Part shown: piece by piece, positions 29,681-39,424 of the stretch
Position numbering within the stretch: position 1 is the stretch's first letter
How the letters are laid out: every line of letters begins with the position of its first letter
Assembly (NCBI GenBank): GCA_964404025.1
Contig: CAYOIJ010000004.1
Location: 782-64,781 of the forward strand
Source of the DNA: an uncultured Pseudomonadales bacterium
GTDB lineage: Bacteria; Patescibacteriota; Microgenomatia; UBA1400; PJMF01
DNA length: 64,000 nt
Direction: 5' to 3'
Position numbers and translations under genes: made by a program
The notes under the pieces: model-generated
Told to the model about the DNA's origin: nothing
Seen by the model: the letters and a program-made list of their open reading frames with translations, nothing else
Databases searched by the model: none

Positions 29681-31573
29681 TTAATTGTCAAAACTTCGAG
29701 GAGCAATTTCTCGCCAATTAATAATACTAACCTTAAGCTCGTCTGGCCAATTGATTAAAAGATCAGGTCGATAAAGAAAATTTTCCAAAGCCTGAATGTT
29801 GTTTATCTCTTTGTATGATTCTGTGGCGGGCGTGTTGTCATCAGTTTGGCGATTGAGCTCAATGCCTTCAAGACCAATAAAAGTGCCAGCAGCAATTAGT
29901 TTACGATCTGGATAACTGACAAGAGCAGAGTCTTGTTCTTGGCCGTTGACAACAATTTTTTGATTACTAAAGAAAACTCCCTCTAAGTGGGTATTATTAA
30001 AATTAACAGCTGGGTTGTTGAGACTGACTGGATCGAGAGTGGTGCCGACATTAGAGCGAATAATAATATCTTCGGTAGTGAAAAAAGCTAAGAAGCCACC
30101 AGTATTAGCACTGGTTTTTCTAGCGACACTGATGATTTTGGCGCCACTAGCACCGGTATTATCAATGGTTAGTGAACCATTGACAAAGACAACAACACTT
30201 TCCCCATGGTTGACTATAAAATTTTTACTTTGATCAATAGTTAAATTACCATTAACTTCGAAAAAATTTGTTTGGGAACTTGTTAACCAGCCATTATTAC
30301 GCCAATTAAGCAAATTGGTTTCAGCTGGGGTTAGCTGGTGCAAAGTTCCACCAATATTATTTGCCAGTTGTTTAAAGTAGTTATAACTCAATGCTTGAGG
30401 GTTAAAGCCTAAGGCGAATCCGTCTGAACTTTGACTACTAGTTCGTTGACTAGTTAAGTGAATATTAGCTAAGTGCTCATTGGAGTCAATATGAGTTTGT
30501 ATTGAATTAAGACTGGTGCTGGTAAGTAGTGGAAAACCACTGGATAAATTATCATTAGCGGGTTGAGGGACAAAAATGCCAGCCTGACAAGTAGGTAGTA
30601 AGCAGTTATTGGCATTGGGCCCAATTGATCTGAGTAGGTTTCGAGTAAAAGCGTTAGCTCCAAAAATTTGAAACCAGCTTTCTGAATAATTGTTAAAGTA
30701 AAAATTGCGAGTAAGTGTGTCACCTACCGGAACATTTAAGGCGTAGCTACAACCAACTGGACAAGTACAAGAATATGTAAAATCTTGGACATTGGCAGTT
30801 ATGGTCAAAGGATCTCCTTCAGCTATTTCATCAAGATTAAAGTTATAAGTATGGCTATCGATTAAACCATGATTAAAAACGGGATCACTTTTAAGTTGTG
30901 ATTGTAAAAACACTCCATCAGAGTAATTGTTAGCGTTAGTATGACTACAACTATTGCTAGCTGGATTATAGGTAGCACTACTTGATTGATAAAAATTAAC
31001 AGTCACCTCTAGTTGTTTGGTAGGTATGTTTGTCGGCGTTGGTGGTGGATTTGTCGGTGGAGGTCCACTTGTCGGTGTGGGGTTCCAAGGGTCATCATCT
31101 CCCCCTTCGTTTCTTGCGCAGCAGCTCCAGGTTCGGCTACCATATTTTAACTCACAGCCATAATTGGAAGAATTACAACCACAGACATCCCAAGGATAAG
31201 CCCCATCCCAGTCGTCCCGACACTCTTCGTTTCTGGTACATGTTCCACCACCCTGTTGACATCTGCATGTTTGTATTGGTGCTGAGGTTAAATCACATCT
31301 GATACCTCCATATATTGTGCAAGTGCATTCATCGTTGGTGCATGTACAACTATCACCTGTGTAGCCATTGCCAGCACAGTAATTACTCAAACCCCCAGCA
31401 GTACCACTGTAAGCAATAAATCTACAGCCGGTATACCACACCATGCTTGATTGTTGTGATCCATAACAATACCAACCATCTCCACAACGATCATCTGCTT
31501 GAATAGGTGACAGTTTAACCGCTATTGTGATTGCGATAAAGAAAGAGATGAGTAAAAAGATTTTTTTAGTCAT
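29681..31573 (-). CDS. Secreted Cys-rich protein, candidate pilus-associated adhesin
   Basis: Signal peptide; 18 Cys in the first ~125 mature residues; Pro/Thr linker; beta-rich C-domain (VNGNLTID/VNGSLTID) ending WREIAP. Confidence 0.7.
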   Translation of the reverse strand: MTKKIFLLISFFIAITIAVKLSPIQADDRCGDGWYCYGSQQSSMVWYTGCRFIAYSGTAGGLSNYCAGNGYTGDSCTCTNDECTCTIYGGIRCDLTSAPIQTCRCQQGGGTCTRNEECRDDWDGAYPWDVCGCNSSNYGCELKYGSRTWSCCARNEGGDDDPWNPTPTSGPPPTNPPPTPTNIPTKQLEVTVNFYQSSSATYNPASNSCSHTNANNYSDGVFLQSQLKSDPVFNHGLIDSHTYNFNLDEIAEGDPLTITANVQDFTYSCTCPVGCSYALNVPVGDTLTRNFYFNNYSESWFQIFGANAFTRNLLRSIGPNANNCLLPTCQAGIFVPQPANDNLSSGFPLLTSTSLNSIQTHIDSNEHLANIHLTSQRTSSQSSDGFALGFNPQALSYNYFKQLANNIGGTLHQLTPAETNLLNWRNNGWLTSSQTNFFEVNGNLTIDQSKNFIVNHGESVVVFVNGSLTIDNTGASGAKIISVARKTSANTGGFLAFFTTEDIIIRSNVGTTLDPVSLNNPAVNFNNTHLEGVFFSNQKIVVNGQEQDSALVSYPDRKLIAAGTFIGLEGIELNRQTDDNTPATESYKEINNIQALENFLYRPDLLINWPDELKVSIINWREIAPRSFDN

Positions 31574-32282
31574 TGATAAGTTTGTAGCTTACTACTGGCC
31601 AAAAGTAGCGCTTACCACTTACTTCTGGTAAAAATTGTGTATCGCCAGTTTGATAGAAACTTGTTAAATCTTCCATGGTGTAGGGCGGATTGGATTCCAA
31701 CAATGTTTCAAAGGCAGCTCCTCTGGTTTTTTCAAGCCTTAGTTCGGCACTGGGATAATCAAGGTCAACTTTAATGCTTTTACCCACGGCCACACTTTCC
31801 CCCCAAAAAGTCTCAGTCATGGCCTCGTACCAAGTTAGAGAGGTAATCTCGGCAATTTGTCTGATTAAATCCTCATCTGGTTCGATTTGCATATCTGCTC
31901 CAACCAAGAGATACTCCATTTTTTCAGGATGATAAATGTGGAGTGGCAAATGGATTATTTCGACTTCTTGCAAAACATTCAAGTATGAACAGGCAATATC
32001 TGCCAAGACTTTCCACCCCCCAGGAACAACAGGAGCTCGTTGATAATTGCGATATTGATTGATATTTTCAATTTGACACTCTAAGCGATGAATCTGAAAA
32101 AATTCCCCTTGTTCTGGAACGATGGGAAACTGATTTGTTTTTTGTTCTTGACCTTGATAGTGAACGATCGGTTGAGGGTTCGAGTTTTGTTGTAGCCGCA
32201 TTTTGCGCCAAAAAAACAAAAAAATACTTGTAAAAAGAAGAAGAATCAATAGAGCTAACAGTAAGTAATTTTTTTTCTGCAC
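31566..32282 (-). CDS. Single-TM anchored hypothetical protein, paralog of 32341..33519
   Basis: N-terminal TM; collinear motifs shared with the neighbouring gene. Confidence 0.7.
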   Translation of the reverse strand: MQKKNYLLLALLILLLFTSIFLFFWRKMRLQQNSNPQPIVHYQGQEQKTNQFPIVPEQGEFFQIHRLECQIENINQYRNYQRAPVVPGGWKVLADIACSYLNVLQEVEIIHLPLHIYHPEKMEYLLVGADMQIEPDEDLIRQIAEITSLTWYEAMTETFWGESVAVGKSIKVDLDYPSAELRLEKTRGAAFETLLESNPPYTMEDLTSFYQTGDTQFLPEVSGKRYFWPVVSYKLIND

Positions 32283-32340
32283 TAGCCATTAGTCTAAAGA
32301 TTTTTTTGCCAGCTGACAAGGCCTATTTTATTTATTCAGT

Positions 32341-33519
32341 CTATGGCAGTGCTTGCCAGTGTTGTGGGAATGGAGGTCCATCTGGATTGCGCCATTGTTG
32401 TGAATCATTTGCCCAACTTGCTACTTCCTCAATGAAGGTTTGGTTTTGGTAGTTGTCTGTCGTTGACAAAGTGGCGTAATTGACAAAGGGGTAGATAAAA
32501 GGGATTTCAATACCGGTTTTGCTATCAAGCATGAAGTAAGGAAAAAGATCAGTGTTACCTGTGTTTCTAAAATCAAGCATTTGCTCTTCGCTGTAGCTTG
32601 GGTCTTCTACCATTCCAGCGCCACCAATAAACTCTTCATTGCCTGGATATTCACTATCAAAATTGATAAAGGCACCCGGTCCCATCCAATAGCCTTGTTT
32701 TGCATAGTTCGTCATAAATGAGACCCTAAAATCATAATCTGGATTATAATTAAAATTAGGATTGCTGTAATTGCTTATTATATCTCTAAAATGATGTCCG
32801 CTATCTATTTGACTTGCATATCTAGGAGGAGAAAATATGGGGCTTTTGTCCCACATCAATTCTTTTTCAATTTCCCAAATGTCAATGGGTAGTAGCACCA
32901 TTTGGTATTGGCCGCTCGCATTTTTGTAAATGGCTTCGATCCAGGCCATGATTTTTTTGTTGGCAGCTGTGGTGGGTGCTTGGTCGTAGCGAGCTTGGCT
33001 ATTGAGAGAATCTACACCAACAACCAGCATGGTTTTAAAGACTCGATCATCACTAAAACTAGTTTCAAGAGCCTCCATAAAACCCTCTAAGTCTTGAATT
33101 TCACTAAACCAAAGGTTGTTTGAATTATCTATATTTTCTAGATCAATGCCTGCTTCTCTAGCTCGTTGAATACAGTATTCATGCATGTTTTCAGCTTCAG
33201 TTTTTTCTGGAGTAGCGGTATTTTCTGGGGTGGCAGTGTACTCTGGGGTGCTAGTTGCAGTTATTGTTTCAACAATTGTTTCTTCGCCCTCGCCAGGGAC
33301 ATCAAGCCCATCAATAGTTTGAGTGATGGCCGGTCTAGTTTCTTGGGCTTGTCCTTCTGGGGTACAAGAAGTGAGAATGAAGGTGGCCAAAGTGACAAAG
33401 CCCAGAGCTCTATAGACCTCCGCTTTTATCTTAGCCATCTTGATTGGCAAATTTTTTAAAGATTCAGGCAGTTCTTGTTTAGAGCTAATTTTTGCCTGTT
33501 TGTTTTCAATCTTGTTCAT
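32341..33519 (-). CDS. Putative lipoprotein with Thr/Pro repeats
   Basis: Lipobox-like ILTSC; TATPE repeats; SD AAGGAAGG. Confidence 0.7.
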   Translation of the reverse strand: MNKIENKQAKISSKQELPESLKNLPIKMAKIKAEVYRALGFVTLATFILTSCTPEGQAQETRPAITQTIDGLDVPGEGEETIVETITATSTPEYTATPENTATPEKTEAENMHEYCIQRAREAGIDLENIDNSNNLWFSEIQDLEGFMEALETSFSDDRVFKTMLVVGVDSLNSQARYDQAPTTAANKKIMAWIEAIYKNASGQYQMVLLPIDIWEIEKELMWDKSPIFSPPRYASQIDSGHHFRDIISNYSNPNFNYNPDYDFRVSFMTNYAKQGYWMGPGAFINFDSEYPGNEEFIGGAGMVEDPSYSEEQMLDFRNTGNTDLFPYFMLDSKTGIEIPFIYPFVNYATLSTTDNYQNQTFIEEVASWANDSQQWRNPDGPPFPQHWQALP

Positions 33520-33671
33520 TACCGCCTTCCTTTATGTATATTATATAAAGACTCAGTATCAGGTCATTATATCACAAACCCTCAGCTCTCCCCTTGCCTT
33601 TTAGCTCTTTTGCCCTTAGAATAAAGCCCTCATTTAGGATAAAATACGTAAAACAAATAAAAAGGAAACTC

Positions 33672-33830
33672 ATGGGAGCCCTACCAAAAAATAAAATTAC
33701 TAAAGTTGAGCGAGGCAAGCGTCGTGCTGGTAATAAACCCAGTCTCAAAAAAGATGCTAAACGCGCTTCTACCCCAGCCCACAAACAGGGTTTGGTAGCT
33801 AGTATTTTTAAAAAAATCGGCCTTAATTAA
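33672..33830 (+). CDS. rpmF: 50S ribosomal protein L32, Cys-free form (start at ATG 33672)
   Basis: MGALPKNKITKVERGKRR; AAGGA SD. Confidence 0.85.
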   Translation: MGALPKNKITKVERGKRRAGNKPSLKKDAKRASTPAHKQGLVASIFKKIGLN

Positions 33831-33876
33831 AGCTTTTTTGAGTTTTCTCTTGACTAAAAGGAGATTATTTTCCCTC

Positions 33877-33905
33877 TTGCAAGTTTAGCTTTTTTCCCCT
33901 AATCT
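33877..33905 (+). promoter_or_regulatory. Promoter of nusB, leaderless geometry
   Basis: TTGCAA-17-TAATCT-6 nt-ATG. Confidence 0.6.
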
Positions 33906-33911
33906 ACTGCT

Positions 33912-34364
33912 ATGGATAAACGTCACAGTCGGCGCCTTGAGCGCATGCAAATCTTATTCGCTAGGACTTTTTTAAAGCCCATGGAGCCAGAAATGGAGCC
34001 AATGATCTTACCTATGCCTGAACGCTTATGGTTTGCTGATTTGGTCAAAGAGTTAGCTGACATTGATCGAGAGTTGGCTATTTATGCTTCAGAAAGACCG
34101 CTGACAGACATTAACAAGGTGGATTTAGCAATTTTGCGCCTCATTGTTTTTGAGGGTCGCACTCAAGACACTCCCAAGAAAGTTTTAGTTGATGAAGCGA
34201 TCGAATTGGCTAAAGAGTTTGGTACAGAAAATTCACCTAAGTTTATTAATGGAGTGTTGGGTAAAATTTTATTTATGAAAAAGGCTAAGGATAAATCACC
34301 AGCTAAGAGCGAAACTCCAGATAAGAAGAAAAAAACTAAGCAAGCGAAAACAAAAAATGAATAA
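33912..34364 (+). CDS. nusB: Transcription antitermination factor NusB
   Basis: VDLAILRL, DEAIELAKEFG, KFINGVLG. Confidence 0.95.
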   Translation: MDKRHSRRLERMQILFARTFLKPMEPEMEPMILPMPERLWFADLVKELADIDRELAIYASERPLTDINKVDLAILRLIVFEGRTQDTPKKVLVDEAIELAKEFGTENSPKFINGVLGKILFMKKAKDKSPAKSETPDKKKKTKQAKTKNE

Positions 34365-34629
34365 TCCTGATATACAGTTTTTCTCTCAAGTACAAGATCT
34401 TTTAGAGACAGTGACTGTTAATAGTTGCCAAGAAATTATTCCCGAAGCTAATTTAGAAGAAGATTTAGGCTTAAGCTTGGAAGAAGATTTACCAAGATTG
34501 GTGGCTACAATTAATCGTCATTTTGAGATTAATCTCGATCCAGAAATAGTGATTAAAGAATTGACTGAGGCTGGAGCAACGGTAGCTGAACTAGCGAAAC
34601 TTATTCACGACGAGTACGAATTGGGTTAG
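34357..34629 (+). CDS. Degenerate acyl carrier protein-like protein
   Basis: Acidic 90 aa; PEANLEEDLGLSL, HFEI, TVAEL match the ACP pattern; directly upstream of rnc. Confidence 0.65.
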   Translation: MNNPDIQFFSQVQDLLETVTVNSCQEIIPEANLEEDLGLSLEEDLPRLVATINRHFEINLDPEIVIKELTEAGATVAELAKLIHDEYELG

Positions 34630-34638
34630 AATAGATAA

Positions 34639-35319
34639 GTGATGTTACCGACATTTAAGAATCAAGATCTATTAATTACTGCCCTCACCCACCGCAGTGC
34701 GCTTAATGAAAAAGAACAATCTGGCACAACTGCCAGTGAATCTAATGAGCGTCTTGAATTTTTGGGTGATGCGGTGTTAGAGCTGGCCAGCACCATTTTT
34801 CTTTATCGCGAGCGACCTAGTGATGCAGAAGGGATGTTGACTACTTATCGCAGTGCCCTAGTGCGCACTGAAACTTTAGCACAACTAGCCAAGGAATTGG
34901 GTTTAGATCAGCGCATGTATTTAAGCAGAGGTGAAGAGGTTGGTGGTGGACGAGATAATCCGGGATTGTTGGCTGATTTGCTAGAAGCAGTAGTTGGCGC
35001 TCTTTATTTAGACCAAGGATTTGAGATTGTTCAATCTTTTTTAGAAAAGGTTTTATTTCCCAAGTTTACCGAGATTTTAGCTAGCAAAGCTTATCGTGAT
35101 CAAAAAAGTGTTTTGCAAGAAGTGGTGCAAGCTCGTTCTCTCCCCACTCCTGTTTACCGAGTAGTTAAGGAAGAAGGTCCAGATCACGATAAACTATTTA
35201 CAGTTGAGGTCTTAATTGGGAAAGAAGTTTGGGGGCTTGGTAGAGGTCAAAGTAAGCAACGAGCTCAACAAGCTAGTGCTAGAATGGCTTTGAAAAAAAT
35301 TATTAAAAATGATGACTGA
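34639..35319 (+). CDS. rnc: Ribonuclease III
   Basis: ALTHRS, NERLEFLGDAVL; dsRBD GPDH...SKQRAQQ. Confidence 0.97.
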   Translation: MMLPTFKNQDLLITALTHRSALNEKEQSGTTASESNERLEFLGDAVLELASTIFLYRERPSDAEGMLTTYRSALVRTETLAQLAKELGLDQRMYLSRGEEVGGGRDNPGLLADLLEAVVGALYLDQGFEIVQSFLEKVLFPKFTEILASKAYRDQKSVLQEVVQARSLPTPVYRVVKEEGPDHDKLFTVEVLIGKEVWGLGRGQSKQRAQQASARMALKKIIKNDD

Positions 35320-35355
35320 TGGAAACAAGCGAATTGATCAAATTTAAACTTGCCC

Positions 35356-35384
35356 TTGAGATATTTGTCTTTTTCTTGTAGAAT
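35356..35384 (+). promoter_or_regulatory. Promoter of rpsP
   Basis: TTGAGA-17-TAGAAT-8 nt-ATG. Confidence 0.6.
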
Positions 35385-35392
35385 TCTCCGAT

Positions 35393-35872
35393 ATGCTGAA
35401 AATTAAATTAGCCCGATTTGGTAAAAAAAATCAAGCCCATTATCGAATAGTGGTCAATGAAGCCCGGGATCGCCGAGACGGTCAATATGTGGCTCTCATA
35501 GGTCATTATTCTCCAAGTTATCAACCCAAAGTTTTGGAAATTGATGTTAAGGTTTATGACGAATGGATTGCCAAGGGCGCTCAACCCACCGATACCGTAG
35601 CCGCTCTTTATAAGCGTTTTAAATCTGGCAAGCCTTTTCCTGAAAGAAAAGCTAGACTGTCTAAAAAAGCCAAGGCTAAGCTGGAGGCTGCTAAAGAAGA
35701 AAAAAAGAAGCCTGTTGAGAAAGTGGCTGAGGAAAAACCAGCTAAGGTTGAAGAAAAGCCCACTAAAGTTGAAGAAAAGCCCACTGAAGTTGAAGAAAAA
35801 CCAGCCGAAGAAAAAGTCACTGAAGAAAAACCCACTGAAGAAAAACCAAACGAAAAGACTAAGGCTGAATAA
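35393..35872 (+). CDS. rpsP: 30S ribosomal protein S16 with repetitive C-terminal tail
   Basis: MLKIKLARFGKK..HYRIVV, GAQPTDTV. Confidence 0.96.
   Translation: MLKIKLARFGKKNQAHYRIVVNEARDRRDGQYVALIGHYSPSYQPKVLEIDVKVYDEWIAKGAQPTDTVAALYKRFKSGKPFPERKARLSKKAKAKLEAAKEEKKKPVEKVAEEKPAKVEEKPTKVEEKPTEVEEKPAEEKVTEEKPTEEKPNEKTKAE
35729..35851 (+). repeat. EEKP tandem repeats (3 x 21 bp + 4 x 15 bp) in the rpsP tail
   Basis: gaagaaaagcccact-type units read directly. Confidence 0.9.
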
Positions 35873-35894
35873 TTAATAACAATATAAAGCGAAC

Positions 35895-36134
35895 ATGAAA
35901 AGTTTATTGGAATTTGTTTTACTGCGTTTAATTAAATTTCCTGAAGATCTCAAGATTGATGAGATTGAGGAATTTGGCCACCACAAATATTTAATTAAGC
36001 TCAATGAAGAAGATTATGGTCGGGTGATTGGTAAGGGTGGTAAGGTAATTCGGGCTATTCGTAAGTTGGCTCAAACGCGAGCTATTAAAGATCAAGTCCG
36101 TGTCCGAGTTGATTTACTTGAAGATAATAACTAG
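35895..36134 (+). CDS. khpA: KH-domain RNA-binding protein
   Basis: DYGRVIGKGGKVIRAIR; follows rpsP. Confidence 0.9.
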   Translation: MKSLLEFVLLRLIKFPEDLKIDEIEEFGHHKYLIKLNEEDYGRVIGKGGKVIRAIRKLAQTRAIKDQVRVRVDLLEDNN

Positions 36135-36137
36135 TTA

Positions 36138-37007
36138 TCAATTGTCAACCGTTTCTTCTATAAGTTGTCCGTCTTCGTCATAAGTCTGCCACTCTACCTC
36201 GTCTAATTCAGTTTGACTAGCTTCCAGTTGCGCTTCTAATTCCTCAATACTCATTCCTTGTAAACCAAAGAGATTGCCTCGGTCATTTTTTAGGACTTCT
36301 TCTTGGATTGGCAAGTTGCCGGGAATCAACTTTTTAATTTCTTCCAGGATGATTAGTTGATCGTTAGCTATTGGTGGCAATGGTTCTGTAATGGTGACAC
36401 TAATAGGCTGAGTAAAATAAAAGGTTTTTAGTGTTAAGTTGGCAGTCGTGTTGACTGAGCCAAGTTCATTAACTTCTCGACTGAGAGAGATATTGGTAAT
36501 AGTGCTAATGGGAGTAACCTGCTCAATGAGTGTCATAAAGCTTTGTACATTTCTAAGTGTGCCTGAAACAGCAAATTCCAATTCTAGTTCGTCATAGTTT
36601 TTTTGTTTTTTAGTTTTGCTTAAAAGAGTGCTGTCGGTAGCGATCTCTCCTGGAGAGAGGGAAAAATTTTCAACTAGAGTTTCACTCTGAATAGATACAT
36701 TATTGAGGTTATCTAGCAACTCTAATAGGGGTTTGTGTGAAGGCAGGACCTCATCAATTTCACTCATTTTTTTAAACTCACTATCAAAGGCCATATTGGC
36801 TAGTTCGTCAGCTTTGGTTTGAAATTTATTTAATTCTTGATTGGTTTTATCTAGTTCAGCAAAAACCGCCTTGATGGGAGTGATTTGTCGCAGAATTACC
36901 ATGGTAAAAATTACAAATGATAAGGTAAAAAACAAGATTGCTAAAACTAGTTCTTTGCGAGTATTCCAAATGAGCTTGTAGTTAAATTCTTGTTTATTAA
37001 CTGACAT
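36138..37007 (-). CDS. pilO: PilO-like alignment protein
   Basis: TM plus coiled coil, EVLP, ferredoxin-like C-domain; follows pilM-pilN. Confidence 0.75.
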   Translation of the reverse strand: MSVNKQEFNYKLIWNTRKELVLAILFFTLSFVIFTMVILRQITPIKAVFAELDKTNQELNKFQTKADELANMAFDSEFKKMSEIDEVLPSHKPLLELLDNLNNVSIQSETLVENFSLSPGEIATDSTLLSKTKKQKNYDELELEFAVSGTLRNVQSFMTLIEQVTPISTITNISLSREVNELGSVNTTANLTLKTFYFTQPISVTITEPLPPIANDQLIILEEIKKLIPGNLPIQEEVLKNDRGNLFGLQGMSIEELEAQLEASQTELDEVEWQTYDEDGQLIEETVDN

Positions 37008-37610
37008 TTAATTATCTTCTTCCTCAATTAAGTCACTATTTTCTGTACCCAATAAACCTAAGTCTTCAACAGTTTTGAGTTGAATTTTTAGACTAAGTTG
37101 GTAGTTTCCTTGGTCTTCTCTTTTCAAAGAAGTTTTTTCAACATTTTTATAAACATCTTTAACTAGAGAAGAATTAATAATTGCCATACTCTCTTCTAGT
37201 GGAAAAACACTGCTGTGATCTAATTGAAGAATTAAACCACCACTGCTTTCGTTGTAAGTCATGCCAGTGATTGTGGCAACATCAGTCATTAAATCAGCAA
37301 AATAATTCATGGCTGCTTGTTTATCACTTCGTGCGGAATAAATTTCACCAACTGATTGGAGTTTATTGACAAAGATTAGGTAAGATAATTCTATTTCTTC
37401 TTGATCAAGAATGGTCTTTTTTAATTTAGCGATTGTTTCTACTTTGTTTTTGATTCTTAAATTGACTAGTAGTCTGAGTCCCACAACAGCCAACAATAAA
37501 AAGACTACTGTTGACAGAACAATAACAGCTATTTTAAACAATTTTTTATCTTGTTGTTTTTCTTTTTGTTTATGTCTGGTCTGACTAGACAAAAAATTAA
37601 TTTCAATCAT
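37008..37610 (-). CDS. pilN: PilN-like alignment protein
   Basis: N-terminal EINFL (variant of the INLL PilM-binding motif) plus TM. Confidence 0.75.
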   Translation of the reverse strand: MIEINFLSSQTRHKQKEKQQDKKLFKIAVIVLSTVVFLLLAVVGLRLLVNLRIKNKVETIAKLKKTILDQEEIELSYLIFVNKLQSVGEIYSARSDKQAAMNYFADLMTDVATITGMTYNESSGGLILQLDHSSVFPLEESMAIINSSLVKDVYKNVEKTSLKREDQGNYQLSLKIQLKTVEDLGLLGTENSDLIEEEDN

Positions 37611-38620
37611 GATAATTTTCGCATCACCAAACCCATACAGACCGTATATTGAAGATGCCTATCTTTTGGAACTTGCCCTTTGGCTTTGGCAAAAGGAGCC
37701 ATTAAAAGAACTTCTACATTACTGAGCTGTTGGGATAAATATTGACTAAAGCCAATCATTTCCGCTGGGCCACCTGACAGCACGACTCTTTTAATAGTTT
37801 GACCAGGATGAAGTTGGCTAAAATAGCGGAGTGCTTTTTGAATTTCTATGACAACATTGTTGATCATGGGTAACATCAGTTGGACCAATTTACCCTCTAG
37901 TTGTTCAGAGTTTAGTCCATAAGTAATTTTGTAACTTTCTGCTTGCTTTAAGTCTAGGCCAAAAGTTTGAGCGATGGCATTTGTTATTAATTGAGAACCA
38001 TTTTTACTACTAAAGACAAAATCAAACATGCCGTTGGCTACTACAGCCAAATCAAGATTATTTGCGCCCAAGTGCACAATGAGAGTTTCTGGATCATCAC
38101 TTTGCAGGTCTAGAGCTCTAATGATAGAAAACATTTGAGTTTCTATGACTGTTGGTTCAATGCCAAAACCAAGAAAAATACTATTAAGTTTTTCAATAAA
38201 AGATTTTCGAGAAGCCACCAACAACACCTTCATTTTATTTTCTGGCGTTTTCTTTTCTGGACGAAGCAAGACTTGATATTCTAGTAATAAATCTTCTTTA
38301 GGAATGGGAATGTATTGTTCTGCTTGCCAGCCAATTGCGCTAGCTAATTCTGCATCGGTTAGGACTGGTATTTCAATAACTTTATTAGCAATTACTGATT
38401 CTGGTAAGCTGAGGCGAACATCACTGGCATCCAATTTATAATCATTCATTAGATTGGCAATCATTTCGCTAAATAGAGCTGTTTCTTGATCGCTTTGAGG
38501 AATTACTAAATTAGTAATATTCGGCACGTCGACGGCCTGAATGATATTGATTTCCTTAGCATTTTTGGCTGAGATAGCTTTGATACTATGAGTACCAATG
38601 TCTAGGGCAGTAATTGACAT
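37607..38620 (-). CDS. pilM: Type IV pilus assembly protein PilM
   Basis: ALDIGTHSIK, WQAEQYIP, VLSGG. Confidence 0.93.
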   Translation of the reverse strand: MSITALDIGTHSIKAISAKNAKEINIIQAVDVPNITNLVIPQSDQETALFSEMIANLMNDYKLDASDVRLSLPESVIANKVIEIPVLTDAELASAIGWQAEQYIPIPKEDLLLEYQVLLRPEKKTPENKMKVLLVASRKSFIEKLNSIFLGFGIEPTVIETQMFSIIRALDLQSDDPETLIVHLGANNLDLAVVANGMFDFVFSSKNGSQLITNAIAQTFGLDLKQAESYKITYGLNSEQLEGKLVQLMLPMINNVVIEIQKALRYFSQLHPGQTIKRVVLSGGPAEMIGFSQYLSQQLSNVEVLLMAPFAKAKGQVPKDRHLQYTVCMGLVMRKLS

Positions 38621-38632
38621 AATTATTATTTT

Positions 38633-39424
38633 TTATTTTACGATAGTGCCTCCACTAAATAAAGCAAAAGTCATGAAACTTGGAGCGCTGGGTAGGCTTT
38701 TATTGGCCTCAATTGTTTTGTTGCTAATATCGCTCTCACTTTTAGCTAAAGACTCGATTTTATATTGGCTGGAGCTAATGAGGTTCGCGCTCGCGTTGAC
38801 TTGCAGATCTGTACCTGATCCAACAGCCTGTATGTACAAAGTAGCGTCATTGTTGTTGCTACTATCAATTGTCAAATTATGGGCATATTGAAAGGGTGAG
38901 TCAGCAGCAATAGGACTGATAAAATTTTGATTACTGCTGTAGAGACAGTCACCAGCTCCAACCAGATAGTAGTGATTTTGGTATTCACTGCCACTTAAAT
39001 GAACTAGGGTGAGCAGGACAGCTGTTTTATAAGTCGCGTTGCAAGCGTTTTTTGACCAATTAATTTTAATGGTGCCAGTTGTATTAGCAACATCAATTCT
39101 TAAGTTTTCACCTTGGTTAAGGTAACCCTCATATCCTTGGGTGGTGCTAATAGAAACCTGATTTAGGGCATTATTTGAGATATCTCCAGAGGGCAAGCTG
39201 GGTATTTGACCAGCTTCATATTGATAAATTTGGTTAAGAGCTTCATCAACGCCAGTTTCGGCGGTATTAAAAACTCTGGTGGCGTCGCTTTGATCTACAA
39301 CTAGTTTATTTTCTTGAACAACGCGGTTAGCTACAGACAGGCCAAAGATTAAAACGATAGCGGTAATTAACATCACCACCACCCCAATTTGACCACCAAC
39401 CTGGTGAGAAGAAACTTTAGGCAT
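38633..39424 (-). CDS. PilX-like minor pilin (start taken at MPKVSS)
   Basis: GQ + hydrophobic helix lacking Glu5; VFNTAETGVDEAL. Confidence 0.8.
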   Translation of the reverse strand: MPKVSSHQVGGQIGVVVMLITAIVLIFGLSVANRVVQENKLVVDQSDATRVFNTAETGVDEALNQIYQYEAGQIPSLPSGDISNNALNQVSISTTQGYEGYLNQGENLRIDVANTTGTIKINWSKNACNATYKTAVLLTLVHLSGSEYQNHYYLVGAGDCLYSSNQNFISPIAADSPFQYAHNLTIDSSNNNDATLYIQAVGSGTDLQVNASANLISSSQYKIESLAKSESDISNKTIEANKSLPSAPSFMTFALFSGGTIVK

